Positions 42,507 through 55,961 of a DNA stretch of 64,000 nt are shown piece after piece (position 1 is the stretch's first letter; each line of letters begins with the position of its first letter). This stretch comes from Eledone cirrhosa (lineage: Eukaryota): contig OZ024755.1 of NCBI GenBank assembly GCA_964016885.1, forward strand, positions 2,480,001 through 2,544,000, read 5' to 3'. A program made the position numbers and the translations under genes. Below the pieces are notes generated by a model. The model was not told the DNA's origin and did no database searches. It was given only the letters and a program-made list of their open reading frames with translations.

Positions 42507-42629
42507 AACTAAATTGAAATTAAATTTTTTTTGTACAACGTCCCTATAGATCGCCGGAAACGAGAAACGATCGTAAGGTCATTAGTCGAACGCACTAACC
42601 ATTAAGCCACCTACTCTTTAAATAATAAT

Positions 42630-42812
42630 AATTGTTTCTACTTTAGGCACAAGGCCAGCAAATACCCAGTACATCACTGGTACTTTATTTTATCGACCCC
42701 GTAAGGATGAAAGGCAAAGTCAACCTCGGCGGGATTTGAACTCAGATCGTAAAGGGACGTAACTATGCTGGAAAGCATGGCGTCCGACCCTCTACCGATA
42801 CTGCCAATCCAG
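42630..42812 (-). mobile_element. SINE family A (short variant), full length
   Basis: Reverse complement of head, core and tail. Confidence 0.88.
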
Positions 42813-42931
42813 TTATAATAATAATAATAAAATAGGATAGGATGGTCGTAGCCAGAATGCCTTTACACTTTGGTGAACTGGGGTGAAATAACAGAAAACA
42901 ACACAATCATCATCATTATTTTTGATACAAG

Positions 42932-43138
42932 AGGGCGGTGGATTGGGTGTGGATAAGGGCGGTGTATTGGTAGTATCAGAAGAGGGTCAGACGCCATGCT
43001 TTGCGGTAAAGAATTACGGTCCTTTATGGTCTGAGTTCAAATCCCGCCGAGGTTAACTTTGGCTTACGAGGTCGATAAAATAAAGTACCAGTAATGTACT
43101 GAGTATTTGCTGGCCTTGTGCCAAAAGTAGAAACAATT
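42932..43138 (+). mobile_element. SINE family A (short variant)
   Basis: Duplicated head, gagttcaaatcccgccgagg, tail gctggccttgtgccaaaagtagaaacaatt. Confidence 0.85.
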
Positions 43139-44065
43139 ATTTTTGATACGAGAACACAAATAATGTACTACTATGACCACTACAACAACACCCCACCACA
43201 ACCTTCACCACACCAATACCATTTTAGTCGAGGTGTAATTTCAACCACATTCCTGAAATTAAATGTAATTTGAAACCGGATTTAAGTGGGTTCTTTTGAA
43301 ATTTTCTCCTTTTCCAGGCGCGGAGAGAGGTGGCAATGGTGTTTGTTCTTCTCGCTGAGGTGGTTTTGTTGATTGTGTTAAAGGATGGGGGGGGTAATGG
43401 TTGTTGCACGGTGGTAGTGGAGGTGGAGCTGATGGTGATAGTGTTGTTGTGATGGTGGGTTGGGGTGCTTTTGAAGAAGTTACTTTTATGTGTTGTTGTA
43501 GGTGGTGGCAGTTGGATGGTGCTGACGATGTGTAAAGGTGATAGTTGTTGCTGTTAGATGTAGTGTTGGTGGTGGTTGTAGTTGGAAGGAGGGGGTGATA
43601 ATCGGGTGATGGTACGGGTAGTGGTGGTCATATCGATTGTGAGGATGGGGTGGTTGTAAGATGGGATGCGGGGTGGTCTAGTAGAGATGGCGGTTAAGTA
43701 GTATTAAAGATGCTATTAATGGTGGGGCTGGGGCTATATTAGTGGCGGCGACGCCACGATATAGATTTGGGTGATATTTTAATGAGAGAAAGGGTGGATG
43801 GGAAGAGCAGAAGGAAATTTCTGTGCAAAGTCAATCCCTGTTAATGGCTTAAACGTTTTAAATTCTTCCTAGTAGCTGTATGGGATTGGGGTGAGGTGTT
43901 ACGATACAAGAGGGGGGGGTAGGAGGACTCTAGATAGCACACAAAACTGAGACAGACTCACAGGAATACATTAATTCAGACATGCACACATATACATAAA
44001 TACACAAGTAAATCCATACATACACACAATTACTTCCATGCATACATACAAATAATTACACCCAT

Positions 44066-44129
<64 letters not shown>

Positions 44130-44179
44130 GAGCCTGCTCATATACTTCAAAATATATTGACAGATCTACACGTGCAACG

Positions 44180-44735
44180 ACCTCCATACCTACACACGTA
44201 AATACCTCCATACCTACACACGTAAATACCTCCATACCTAGACATATAAACAGCTCCATACCTAGACATATAAACAGCTCCATACCTAGACATATAAACA
44301 GCTCCATACCTAGACATATAAACAGCTCCATACCTAGACATATAAACAGCTCCATACCTAGACATATAAACAGCTCCATACCTAGACATATAAACAGCTC
44401 CGTACCTAGACATATAAACAGCTCCGTACCTAGACATATAAACACCTCCGTACCTAGACATATAAACACCTCCATACCTAGACATATAAACACCTCCATA
44501 CCTAGACATATAAACACCTCCATACCTAGACATATAAACACCTCCATACCTAGACATATAAACACCTCCATACCTAGACATATAAACACCTCCGTACCTA
44601 GACATATAAACACCTCCATACCTAGACATATAAACACCTCCATACCTAGACATATAAACACCTCCATACCTAGACATATAAACACCTCCATACCTAGACA
44701 TATAAACACCTCCATACCTAGACATATAAATACAT
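44180..44735. repeat. 24-bp minisatellite (ctccatacctagacatataaaca(c/g)) x~23
   Basis: Direct tandem copies with blocks of variants. Confidence 0.97.
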
Positions 44736-44866
44736 ACAGGGAAATATCCATTCTTACCTAGATGATACCTACAGTATACGGTGCACAATTTCTCAAAGGC
44801 TGATCGATCCCCTGTATTTCCTGGCCAGAACTACCCTACCCAACATTGTATCAAGTATTATTTATT

Positions 44867-45041
44867 TATATACTAAGCGGCTCGCTTTAGAGAACTCAGG
44901 GAAATCTGAAGTGTGAGCATCCCACACAAATGACCATAAAAAGAGTGATTTATTGTGAATCACTCTTATTATGGTCATTTGTGTGGGATGCACACACTTC
45001 AGATTTTTCTGAGGTCTCTAAAGCGAGCCGCTTAGTATATA
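44867..45041. mobile_element. ~175-bp fold-back element in TA context (MITE-like)
   Basis: tactaagcggctcgctttagaga..aagagtgatt / aatcactctt..tctctaaagcgagccgcttagta; arms meet with a very short loop. Confidence 0.75.
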
Positions 45042-45108
45042 TATATACAGAAACATACAGAAATACACAGACACGCACATACATACACACACATACATAC
45101 ACACATAC

Positions 45109-45161
<53 letters not shown>

Positions 45162-45169
45162 TATAAGCA

Positions 45170-45319
45170 TGTACACATGTATGTATATATATATGCATAT
45201 GTATATATATATATGTCTATATATATGTGTGTGTGTATACATATATGTATATATATATATATATGTCTATATATATGTATGCATATATATATGCATATAT
45301 ATATGCATATATATATATA

Positions 45320-45363
<44 letters not shown>

Positions 45364-45447
45364 CATATATATATATATATATATATATGTCTATATATAT
45401 GTATGCATATATATATATATATATATATATATGTCTATATATATGTA

Positions 45448-45483
<36 letters not shown>

Positions 45484-45495
45484 TATATATATGTA

Positions 45496-45531
<36 letters not shown>

Positions 45532-45547
45532 TATATATATGTATGCA

Positions 45548-45584
<37 letters not shown>

Positions 45585-45757
45585 ATATGCATATATATAT
45601 GTATATATATATATATGTATATATATCTGTATATATATATATATATGTATATATATGTATATATATGTATATATATATATATATGTATGTGTAAATATAT
45701 GTATGCGTATATATATGTATGTGTAAATATGTATATATATATATATATATATATATT
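45170..45757. repeat. Compound (TA)n array with periodic TGCA/GTCT interruptions
   Basis: Read directly. Confidence 0.95.
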
Positions 45758-46558
45758 ACATGATGTAATATTAAATTGGCTAACATTTGAAGGGTAGTTA
45801 TTGAGTGCCTCTAGTTTCGGCTTGTTACCTACACAAATCATAATTTCGAAATAACCTCGGTCAATAATGTAGGATATAGAGGCGTGATGTACAATAAGAA
45901 TAAGCGGCAAAAAAAGAACAGAGGAGTGATAAAAAAAAAATTACGCTGGAGACCGAAATTACTCGGGCAAAAACTGACAGTGGTTGATAGATTCACAAAA
46001 AGAAAAAAATTACGATAAACTATATAGATATGAATTTGTTACGTAAGATTCTAGAACGGATGTAGTAATATATGTTATCAGGGTAGTAATCACGCGAGCA
46101 GATATTATAAAAAGGGAATTCCTTCAGATATGAATGGTTTAAGGTTGCAAGAACAGTCCTAAATTGTCTATTTTTTGTGTGGGGTGGGAAAAGGAAAGGA
46201 AAGGGGGAGAGTCGTTGATTGCGTAGTATCCCATTCCAGATACAATATTACGCATTCTAGCCAAGTAAAAAGGGGCCACACCTACTTCATGGTTCCGTGA
46301 TTATAATTAGAAAAGAGAGGCGCATCCTTCCATCTGCGAGAAAACCGCGATCAACTGATGCAGTAAATCAAGTGCTACAATAATTCATATGGAAATAACC
46401 AAATTTGCACAAAACTATCCAAAGCTTGTGAGTAAATTGGAAAGAAATATATATAGAGAGACCGATACACACTTACACATGTGTATAATCATATATATAT
46501 ATATACATACAGTTGACGGGTGTTGAAACCCATACACAAACGCCACTACACACACACA

Positions 46559-46604
<46 letters not shown>

Positions 46605-47264
46605 TTTTTTTGGGGGGGGGGGGGGGGACTGCATGGTGGTTTCGAAGCGTGTTTGTATTTTATGGGGAGTTTCGTTGCAGTGGGTAATAACATTATATTT
46701 CAGCTTTTACTTTCTGAACAGATCATTAAAGCGATCTAATCGTAAATTTAAATTCTTTGAATGCCACATATTTACTTTTGAAGTCAGGTAAAGGAGACTT
46801 TGAAATGGATTAACCGTCGAAGAGATAGTTTTTGTAATAGAATTTTTCACTTCATCTTTCTATTTTTATTAGATGAAAAAAGTTTATTACATATATTTTT
46901 TGAAATATATAAACGAAAACCTTTTTAAAGGATTCGTGCGTTTGTTTGTTGTATTTTTTTAAATATGATTTCCATTTGATAAATATAGTGAAATAATATT
47001 AAATTTCAAATACAAAATTGTTTGTGTATAAATATGGGCGTGTGTGTTTGTCTGTGTGTGTGTGTTTGTCTGTGTGTGTGTGTGTGTGTGCGTTCATGTG
47101 TGCGTGCGTGCATGTGTGCGGGTGCTCTTGATTAAATTGTGCGCTTGGTTTCTGTTTTGGATTTTATAGCTGTGGATTGGAGATACATTAATGATTTAGA
47201 GATACATAACTGTTTGCCTATGCATACATACACATATAAATCGCTAGTCCACCGCAGGGTTAAT

Positions 47265-47380
47265 ACCCCAGCATATTGCTGGTACTCATTTTCAGCAGAG
47301 TATACGGGAGCAACGTGAAATTAGGTGTTTTGCTCAAGATCACAACGCACAACCCAATCCAGGATTCGAACCTACTACAT
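47265..47380 (-). mobile_element. CORE-type SINE fragment
   Basis: Minus strand ggttcgaatcctgg..gcgttgtgatcttgagcaaaacacctaatttcacgttgctcc. Confidence 0.75.
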
Positions 47381-47414
47381 TACGATCTACCCCCCCCCCC
47401 CCCTCTCTCGCTCT

Positions 47415-47448
47415 CTATATATATACATACACACACACACATATATAT

Positions 47449-47481
<33 letters not shown>

Positions 47482-47665
47482 CACATATATATATATATAT
47501 ACACATATATATATATATATATACACACATATATATATATATATATATACACATATATATATATATATATACACACATATATATATATACACATATACAC
47601 ATATATATATATATATACACACATATATATATATACACATATATATATATATATACACATATATA

Positions 47666-47699
<34 letters not shown>

Positions 47700-48178
47700 T
47701 ATATATATATATACACATATACACATATATATATATATACACATATACACATATATATATATATACACATATATACATATATATATATATACACATATAT
47801 ACATATATATATATACACACATATATATATATATATACACACATATATATATATATATATACACACATATATATATATATATATACACACATATATATAT
47901 ATATATATACACACATATATATATATATATATACACACATATATATATATATATATACACACATATATATATATATATATACACACATATATATATATAT
48001 ATATACACACATATATATATATATATATACACACATATATATATATATATATACACACATATATATATATATATATACACACACATATATATATATATAT
48101 ACACACATATATATATATATATATACACACATATATATATATATATATACACACATATATATATATATATATACACAC

Positions 48179-48211
<33 letters not shown>

Positions 48212-48821
48212 TATATATATATACACATATATATATATATATACACATATATATATATATATATACACACATATATATATATATATACACACATATATAT
48301 ACACACATATATATATATATACACACATATATATATATATATACACACATATATATATATATATACACACATATATATATATATACACACACATATATAT
48401 ATATATACACACATATATATATATACACACACATATATATATATACACACATATATATATATATACACACATATATATATATACACACATATATATATAT
48501 ACACACATATATATATATACACACATATATATATATACACACATATATATATATACACACATATATATATATACACACATATATATATATACACACATAT
48601 ATATATATACACACATATATATATATACACACATATATATATATACACACATATATATATATACACACATATATATATATACACACATATATATATATAC
48701 ACACATATATATATATACACACATATATATATATACACACATATATATATATATACACACATATATATATATATACACACATATATATATATATATACAC
48801 ATATATATATATATACACATA

Positions 48822-48886
<65 letters not shown>

Positions 48887-49544
48887 ATATATATATACAC
48901 ACACACATATATATACACACACACATATATATATACACACATATATATATACACACACATATATATATACACACACATATATATATACACACACATATAT
49001 ATATACACACACATATATATATACACACACATATATATATACACACACATATATATACACACACACATATATATACACACACACATATATATACACACAT
49101 ATATATACACACACATATATATATATACACACATATATATATACACACACATATATATATACACACACATATATATATACACACACATATATATATATAC
49201 ACACACATATATATATACACACACATATATATATACACACACATATATATATACACACACATATATATATACACACACATATATATATACACACACATAT
49301 ATATATATACACACATATATATATATATACACACATATATATACACACAGATATATATATACACACACATATATATATACACACACATATATATATACAC
49401 ACATATATATATATACACACATATATATATATACACACATATATATATATACACACATATATATATATACACATATATATATATACACACATATATATAT
49501 ATACACACATATATATATATACACACATATATATATATACACAC

Positions 49545-49594
<50 letters not shown>

Positions 49595-49730
49595 ATATAT
49601 ACACATACACACATATATACACATACACACATATATACACACACACACACATATATACACATATATATACACACACACACACATATATACACATATATAT
49701 ACACACACATATATACAGATATATATATAT
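47415..49730. repeat. Compound (TA)n(CA)m microsatellite array, ~2.3 kb
   Basis: Read directly. Confidence 0.97.
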
Positions 49731-49761
49731 AAGTGGTTACATAACAGTTAGTTCACCATAC

Positions 49762-49799
49762 CGAGAACAATTGTTTCACCTTAGCGGATCCTCAGCTCG
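49762..49799 (-). ncRNA. Minimal hammerhead ribozyme motif
   Basis: cgag-CTGAGGA-tccgctaaggt-GAAAC-aatt-GTT-ctcg; palindromic stem III (acaattgt). Confidence 0.7.
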
Positions 49800-49811
49800 T
49801 AAACTTAATTA

Positions 49812-49849
49812 CGAGCTGAGGATCTGGTAAGGTGAAACAATTGTTCTCG
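49812..49849 (+). ncRNA. Minimal hammerhead ribozyme motif
   Basis: cgag-CTGAGGA-tctggtaaggt-GAAAC-aatt-GTT-ctcg. Confidence 0.7.
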
Positions 49850-51112
49850 GTATGGTGAACTAACTGTTATGTAACCACTTCTACCTAACTCGTCCCATGG
49901 ACTGAGTGCTCTACCACCACGGATATTATCTTACACTATATATATATATATATATATATATATTGCATGAAATAGTTGCCTATTTTTGAGGTGGTAGAAC
50001 ACGATTAGTTTCTTTGGATTTCACTGGTTCATTATCTTGGATGTGCTACACACGACAAGCAGGCGGAAGAATTGATGAAGGTGAAGAACGTGACTGATAG
50101 ATGAAGATAGAGCTTTGAAATTAAGAAGTTCGCTTCAGATCACAGTAGTTCCGAGTCTCTTACCACTCCATTTCACCTCAGAAAAGCTGCTTCTAATAAG
50201 TTACATGTGTGTCCTCTTTATGGTCAAATGTAACTTATGAATTAAATAAAGAGCTGAGTTAGCTCTTAGTGTATTTCAGTCACTCGACTGCTACATTACT
50301 GTACTCGATGTAATCTAGTAAAATCGTTATAGGTGGTGCTCCAGTAAGGCCATAGTCCGAGGACTGAACGCAACAGAAAAATATGAACAAAACTATACGA
50401 TAGACAGATAAATAAAATCGACAAACTAAAATCGACTTTAATACCAAACTTATCTGAGGTAACATTTCTGGCAAATTAGCAAACAAATGTTTCCACGTAA
50501 ATGTCAGAATAAGAACAAAAAATATATATTATATTAGTATATACTCAAAACACCAATAAATGCCAATACATTCATAGAGATAGTCACTATCTGCTGAGGC
50601 ATAATATGTCAGTTATAAAACCCCTTAGATTCTCCTTCATAAAAGAAACACCACGTAAAGAATTTTAATAGAATAAAACAAAGGCTATTGAATAATGGAT
50701 ATATAAATAATTTACTACAGCAACATATCTGATAATATGGTAACAAATTTAATACATTGAACGAAACTTGTACAATACCCTGGTTAAAATAATCTAGCAA
50801 TTCCCGCCTGCCTATACTATTGTAGCGGATATGTGTAAGAGGGAGAACTTAACTGTTAGGAAATTCAGAGAGTTTAAAAGCACTGTTTATTGCATAAGAA
50901 CCAAGGTAAATTGTGTACGAATTATAATTTATTTTAATTTAAACTATATATGGTTAACGTAGGAAAACGTATATATACAATAAATCCAAAGTTAATTAAA
51001 ATAAAAATAAGGTTATGTGGTGTGTAAATTTGTCTTGATGTTAGTATTAATAAATTTTGAGTTAAATGATTAACTCTTTGTGAAAATGGGTTTTGGGAGA
51101 AGAAAAAGAGGG

Positions 51113-51247
51113 CTATACACTGTCGAGTAAGGTTGCTCCAAAAACCCTTCGAGGGAACCTCATTTCGACTGCTTGTATTTGTGATCGTATTCTTTCGGTC
51201 ATTACCGAAGATTCATGACCGTAGGTAAGGTTTGGCACGAATAAAGT
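51113..51247 (-). mobile_element. RTE-clade (Expander/Rex3-like) post-RT remnant
   Basis: LFVPNLTYGHESSVMTERIRSQIQAVEMRFPRRVFGATLLDSV (cf. PTLTYGHExWVMTERxRSxIQAAEMxFLRRV). Confidence 0.88.
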
Positions 51248-52737
51248 ATTTATATTACGGAATCCCTTAAAATTCGATTATTTTCAAAATTTATTAGAAT
51301 TATAAAGAGTGTCTTTTAAGAGAATTATTGTAAGGAGAAAGTGTAAATAACTGAGAAGGTTTATTGTCCATGGATTTATCCCAGATTGGTTATATGGACG
51401 GTATTAATGCCCAACATAAACATATACAGATCAATGTGTGCCGGTATAGCTTAAACATAACTATCTTTCGGAATACTCAGCCGTGTACACGTTAATTTTA
51501 CCAGTTGATCGCATATAATTAAACATGCATCGTTGAAAGTGACGGAGATCCACGAAAATTTGTACTTTAAAGTGTCAGTATGTTATATAGCATGTGTGTA
51601 CCTCGGTTGTTTTTTCTCGCTCTTAAACTATACAGTTAGACTAGGTGTATTGCTGCAAAATATTTCCATCTTTCTTTGCTTATTCAATGGAACTTTCTAT
51701 TTATGTTATATTTCAGCAACTGTTAATAGTCCATGATATTTTAATATAAAGTAAATATCCAGTCGAACTATAGCAGAAACATAAAACTGAACATCTATAG
51801 TTACACAACATATATCTTCCCTCTTTCTATTCTGTCTACGATGGAAGGAAAATTGAGTGATGTCTGAATAGTCTTAATAGTTTTCTTGTTATTCATGTCG
51901 AGTTTTTAAATCTGTTACAAGTTACATTTTATAACCTTGAAGATGTAGCTTACTGCCGGGACTCATAGGTAGTTTATAGCTTCTTCTCATGTTATGATTG
52001 AAGTTTCCTCTTTAGGATCATGTTAGTCCATAGGATATATATTCTTTGTCGGATATACATTTTCGTTTTTGTATCTGTTCGCCTTCATTGATTCCCATGT
52101 ATGTAAATATATATTATGGTTCGAATTCTTTTTATTGCTTGGTTGATTTTCATTGGTAGATTCTCTCACCGACTGGGTCAAGCTGCCTCTATTGAAGATG
52201 ACCCTGGAACATCTGTCAATGGGAGCTATAAAAATTTTACAGTTGGAGAAAAAACAAAAATTCCAACAGTGGCTCTGACACGCCATTTATTTCATGTGGA
52301 ACATAGATCATGTGACTTGTGAAACATGTACATATATATATATATATATTTTTGTAACACTGGTGTAGCCGTTGTTGTTTTGGTATAGTTGCTGTTTGTA
52401 GTAGTAGTAGCAGCAGCCAGTTGCAGTAGTAGTAGCAGAAGCAGTAGTAGAAGTAGTTGTAGTTATAGTAGCAGTATTGGCACTGGTAGTAGTAGTAGTG
52501 GTAGAAGCAGTCCAACGTGGAAAAGTTTGTCTTTGATATAACTGTATCACATTTCTAGCTAGAGTGCTACCCTTGATTAGGACTTCCCATGGCTGCACAT
52601 GTGAACTTTATAACATACACACGTTTACACATACACACACAATCATATATAGACATACATATATATATATATATATATGTGTATATATTTGTATATATAT
52701 ATGAATATACATGTATGTATATATATATATATGTATG

Positions 52738-52778
<41 letters not shown>

Positions 52779-52803
52779 GTATATATATGTATATATATGT
52801 ATG

Positions 52804-52842
<39 letters not shown>

Positions 52843-53394
52843 GTGTATGATTATATGTATGTGTATGTGAGTACGTGCGTGTGTAGTTTAGTGGAAGTGA
52901 CACATTAGAAAACTGAAGTTATCAAATCACCCACCCACACAGAGCCAAACGCATCCATCCAAACAATGAAGACATTTACACAAGAATATTACACATTTCA
53001 CACGCGCATGCGTATAAAACACGTTTCTGTTTAAATAGCTTTTCAATATAGACACCTTGAAGATAATTTTCTCATGACGTGACTAAATGTACGGCTATTT
53101 GTTGACATGTAAGAAGTAGTTTCAGCCTGATGATTACGGCTTTCATGATAAACTTATCAGGAATGAAAATGTCGGGGAGGTTTGGGCTAGAAGTTGGTAG
53201 GAGAGTGTTACGGTTGAAATATCAGCATAAAGCATCTTCTAACACATAACTACACCCGCGTAAAACTGTCCACCCGCACCCGTCCACCGACAACTCATAT
53301 ACCTGACTCATGTATGGTAATGTAAAGATGTCCTCGTGCAGTCAGATCTTTTTCAAGGTTTTTAACTTTAATGACGATGATAACAACAAAGGAA

Positions 53395-53545
53395 GAAAAC
53401 GATGAAGACAACGATGGCGATGAAGACAACGATGAAGACAACGATGGCGATGAAGACAACGATGAAGACAACGATGGCGATGAAGATGTTGATGTTAATG
53501 TCGACGACGAGGGTGATGGTGATGATGATGATGATGATGATGATG
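53395..53545. repeat. 30-bp tandem repeat (gatgaagacaacgatggcgatgaagacaac) grading into (GAT)n
   Basis: Read directly. Confidence 0.85.
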
Positions 53546-53730
53546 CGTCATAGAACGAGGAAAAATGGCATGACGAGAGACTTAGGGTTGATTATAGAAA
53601 TAGGAGTAAGGATGTATGCACAGACGTAAGTGTAGCTAAGGGTGCATTTGTATTTAGTCGCTCATACAGATATACACACATACTCACTCTCTCTCTCTCT
53701 CTCATACACTCATGCTGACACAAACACCCA

Positions 53731-53786
<56 letters not shown>

Positions 53787-54329
53787 CAGTTTACCATCTA
53801 TTTACACGCAAGAAAATATATCTTGACATCTAGCGTTTATTTTCCCATACTTTTGTCAATTTGTATACAATTTTCCTAACATTGAATATATATACATATA
53901 ATATTTACATAATATATATATATATATAATATTTACATAATAAATCTATTTATACATACATAATATATATTATATAGAATGAAACAAAGTCTTATTAGTT
54001 TTATATATATAATATATATTCAATATATATCACATACATATAATATATATTATAGGTGTATATAATGTATATATAAATACACTTGCTCAAACACACCGAA
54101 ATATTTCACTGCTTTATGAAGATTATATTATGTTTGATAAACACTTTAGTTTTCTTATCAACAAATGGTTTTTCCTCGTTACTTTAGAAATGGAACACAG
54201 ATAATTTTCAAAGACTTAAAGACACATCATAATGTGCAAATATTCATAGATAAAAGCAATGCATATATACAGCAATAATTGGGCAGGAGCACACACACAC
54301 ACACACACACAAGCACCTACATATTACTC

Positions 54330-54520
54330 TTAAATATTACATAAAACCAGTCACCGTGCATCCTCCTTTGGAAGATATCCAAGAATCCAGTGCAAAACGC
54401 TTTAATGATATCCGTTCGAGCATTTGATGTGAGGATAGCTTTGACCAGCTTATATTGTTTAGTTCCTTGCAATCCTCGTGGGAATATACTTACATAAAAG
54501 CATAAGACATTCATACGCAC
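54330..54520 (-). mobile_element. Possible Tc1/mariner (maT-like) transposase C-terminal remnant
   Basis: MNVLCFYV..KLVKAI..DIIKAFCTGF..HGDWF resembles LNPLDYYVW..LKAAI..KACxxF..GxxI. Confidence 0.4.
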
Positions 54521-54662
54521 ATCTCTGCATAGAATTCACATATATATACACATATATATATTATAAAGAGTCGGGACCCGGTGACTGAGCTTTTGCCGTT
54601 CCAACAGCTAGTCCCAGACTGATAGTTCAATATATATATATATATATATATATTAGACCAAA

Positions 54663-54728
54663 CTGAGGATCCGAATAAGGTGAAACATTTGTTCTCCGTA
54701 TGGTGAACTGACTGTTGTGGAACTACTT
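54663..54728 (+). mobile_element. Solo, tail-less copy of the 49.8-kb hammerhead pLTR family
   Basis: CTGAGGAtccgaataaggtGAAACatttGTTctccgtatggtgaactgactgttgtggaactactt then TA repeats; stem I broken. Confidence 0.7.
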
Positions 54729-54772
54729 ATATATATTGAACATTGAAACCAAAAGTGGTGCTTAATCAGTTC

Positions 54773-54867
54773 ATTTTTTGACGGTCGTTTCAGAAGGTTG
54801 AATAGCTGATAGTAGTTATGTAACCACATATATCCAGATTCATCTGACAGTCCTCTTCAGAAACAAT
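54773..54867 (-). ncRNA. Candidate hammerhead with long stem II
   Basis: Minus strand attgttt-CTGAAGA-(~60-nt partly self-complementary segment)-GAAAC-gacc-GTC-aaaaaat; stem I 6 of 7 paired. Confidence 0.45.
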
Positions 54868-54873
54868 ACATTG

Positions 54874-54978
54874 TACTGCTCTAATGCTCTACATTATACT
54901 GCTCTAATGCTCTACATTATACTGCTCTAATGCTCTACATTATACTGCTCTAATGCTCTACATTATACTGCTCTAATC
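54874..54978. repeat. ~23-bp minisatellite (tactgctctaatgctctacatta) x~4
   Basis: Direct tandem copies. Confidence 0.92.
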
Positions 54979-55491
54979 ATCTACAACCACTGACATCCCA
55001 AATAGAAATCATAGGTTTTATCCAAGTAAACCCTTTTCCTGTTTCAGTTGACTATATTAGTGTTAAACGTTTAATTCCTGCTGACCCTTAAATTTATTAA
55101 GTCGGAGATAAGAGTTTCATAAATGATAATCTCTGCGGTGGATAAGTATTTCCAATAGTAAAGTTAATTTCCCCATTTGATCTGTCTTCGTTTTTATATT
55201 TCTTCCAATTGATTCATGGGATTTGCTGAATTTCTATGATTCCTGTATCTCATCAATCTTATTTCACTTATACCGTATTTTTCTGTGGTTGCCATTATTT
55301 TTTTATGCCTCATATTAAAAATCGGATTGATCAAATGTGTTATGTTCTTTCAAGTAGAAGTGCCATTTTTTTTACTGCTAACTGAATTTACTCAAAATTT
55401 CAATTTCAGTTTTTTTTTCGTGTAATCTGCCATATTCTTTTTTGTTTTAATATTTGCTTATATTCTATATATTCATTTTTATCATTAACTT

Positions 55492-55529
<38 letters not shown>

Positions 55530-55961
55530 CTACTGTTGGGCTTTTTATGTCATTTCATTTTTATAGATTTTATTTTCTGATTTGAAATTGCTTGACAAAA
55601 GATTTCCTACTAAATCTCACGTTGAGCCTGGCGGTGGTATCATGGAAGATACATGACGGGTGTTTTTAAAAAATAGAATATAATGGCATATGTAGGCATT
55701 AAAGAGATGTGGGTGTTAATCCAGGGTCGGTCTTACTACTCAAAGGCTCGTTACTATTATGCAAATATCTTCTTGTATAACCCTTTAGTTGTCAACTATC
55801 TAATGACTCTAATTTGGTATCTCACACGTATATTAAATACACGCACACATACACACACATGCACAAACACATATACAAACACATTCATATATATATTTCG
55901 TTTTGTTTTTATTTGAAACGGTCCATAGTTTGCAACAGTATGTTGAAAGATTGTCATTATT

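Larger units (their letters stand above)
49731..49936 (+). mobile_element. Penelope-like inverted pLTR pair with 3' tail, in (TA)n
   Basis: ~72-bp inverted arms 49731-49802 / 49809-49880, each carrying a hammerhead, plus a 56-bp unpaired tail. Confidence 0.75.

Noticed and set aside
44056-44788. Repeat proteins (GMEVFICL)n / (YMSRYGGV)n, the latter superficially reflectin-like
   Set aside because: Translation of a 24-bp minisatellite; lacks the reflectin (M/F)DxxxxxMD motif and is open in two frames.
53120-53165. CTGATGA as a hammerhead core (also 4751, 6103, 24383, 33442)
   Set aside because: No GAAA in register, or no stems I/II.
53371-53553. Acidic D/E-rich ORF as an exon
   Set aside because: Explained by a 30-bp repeat and (GAT)n; no other coding evidence.
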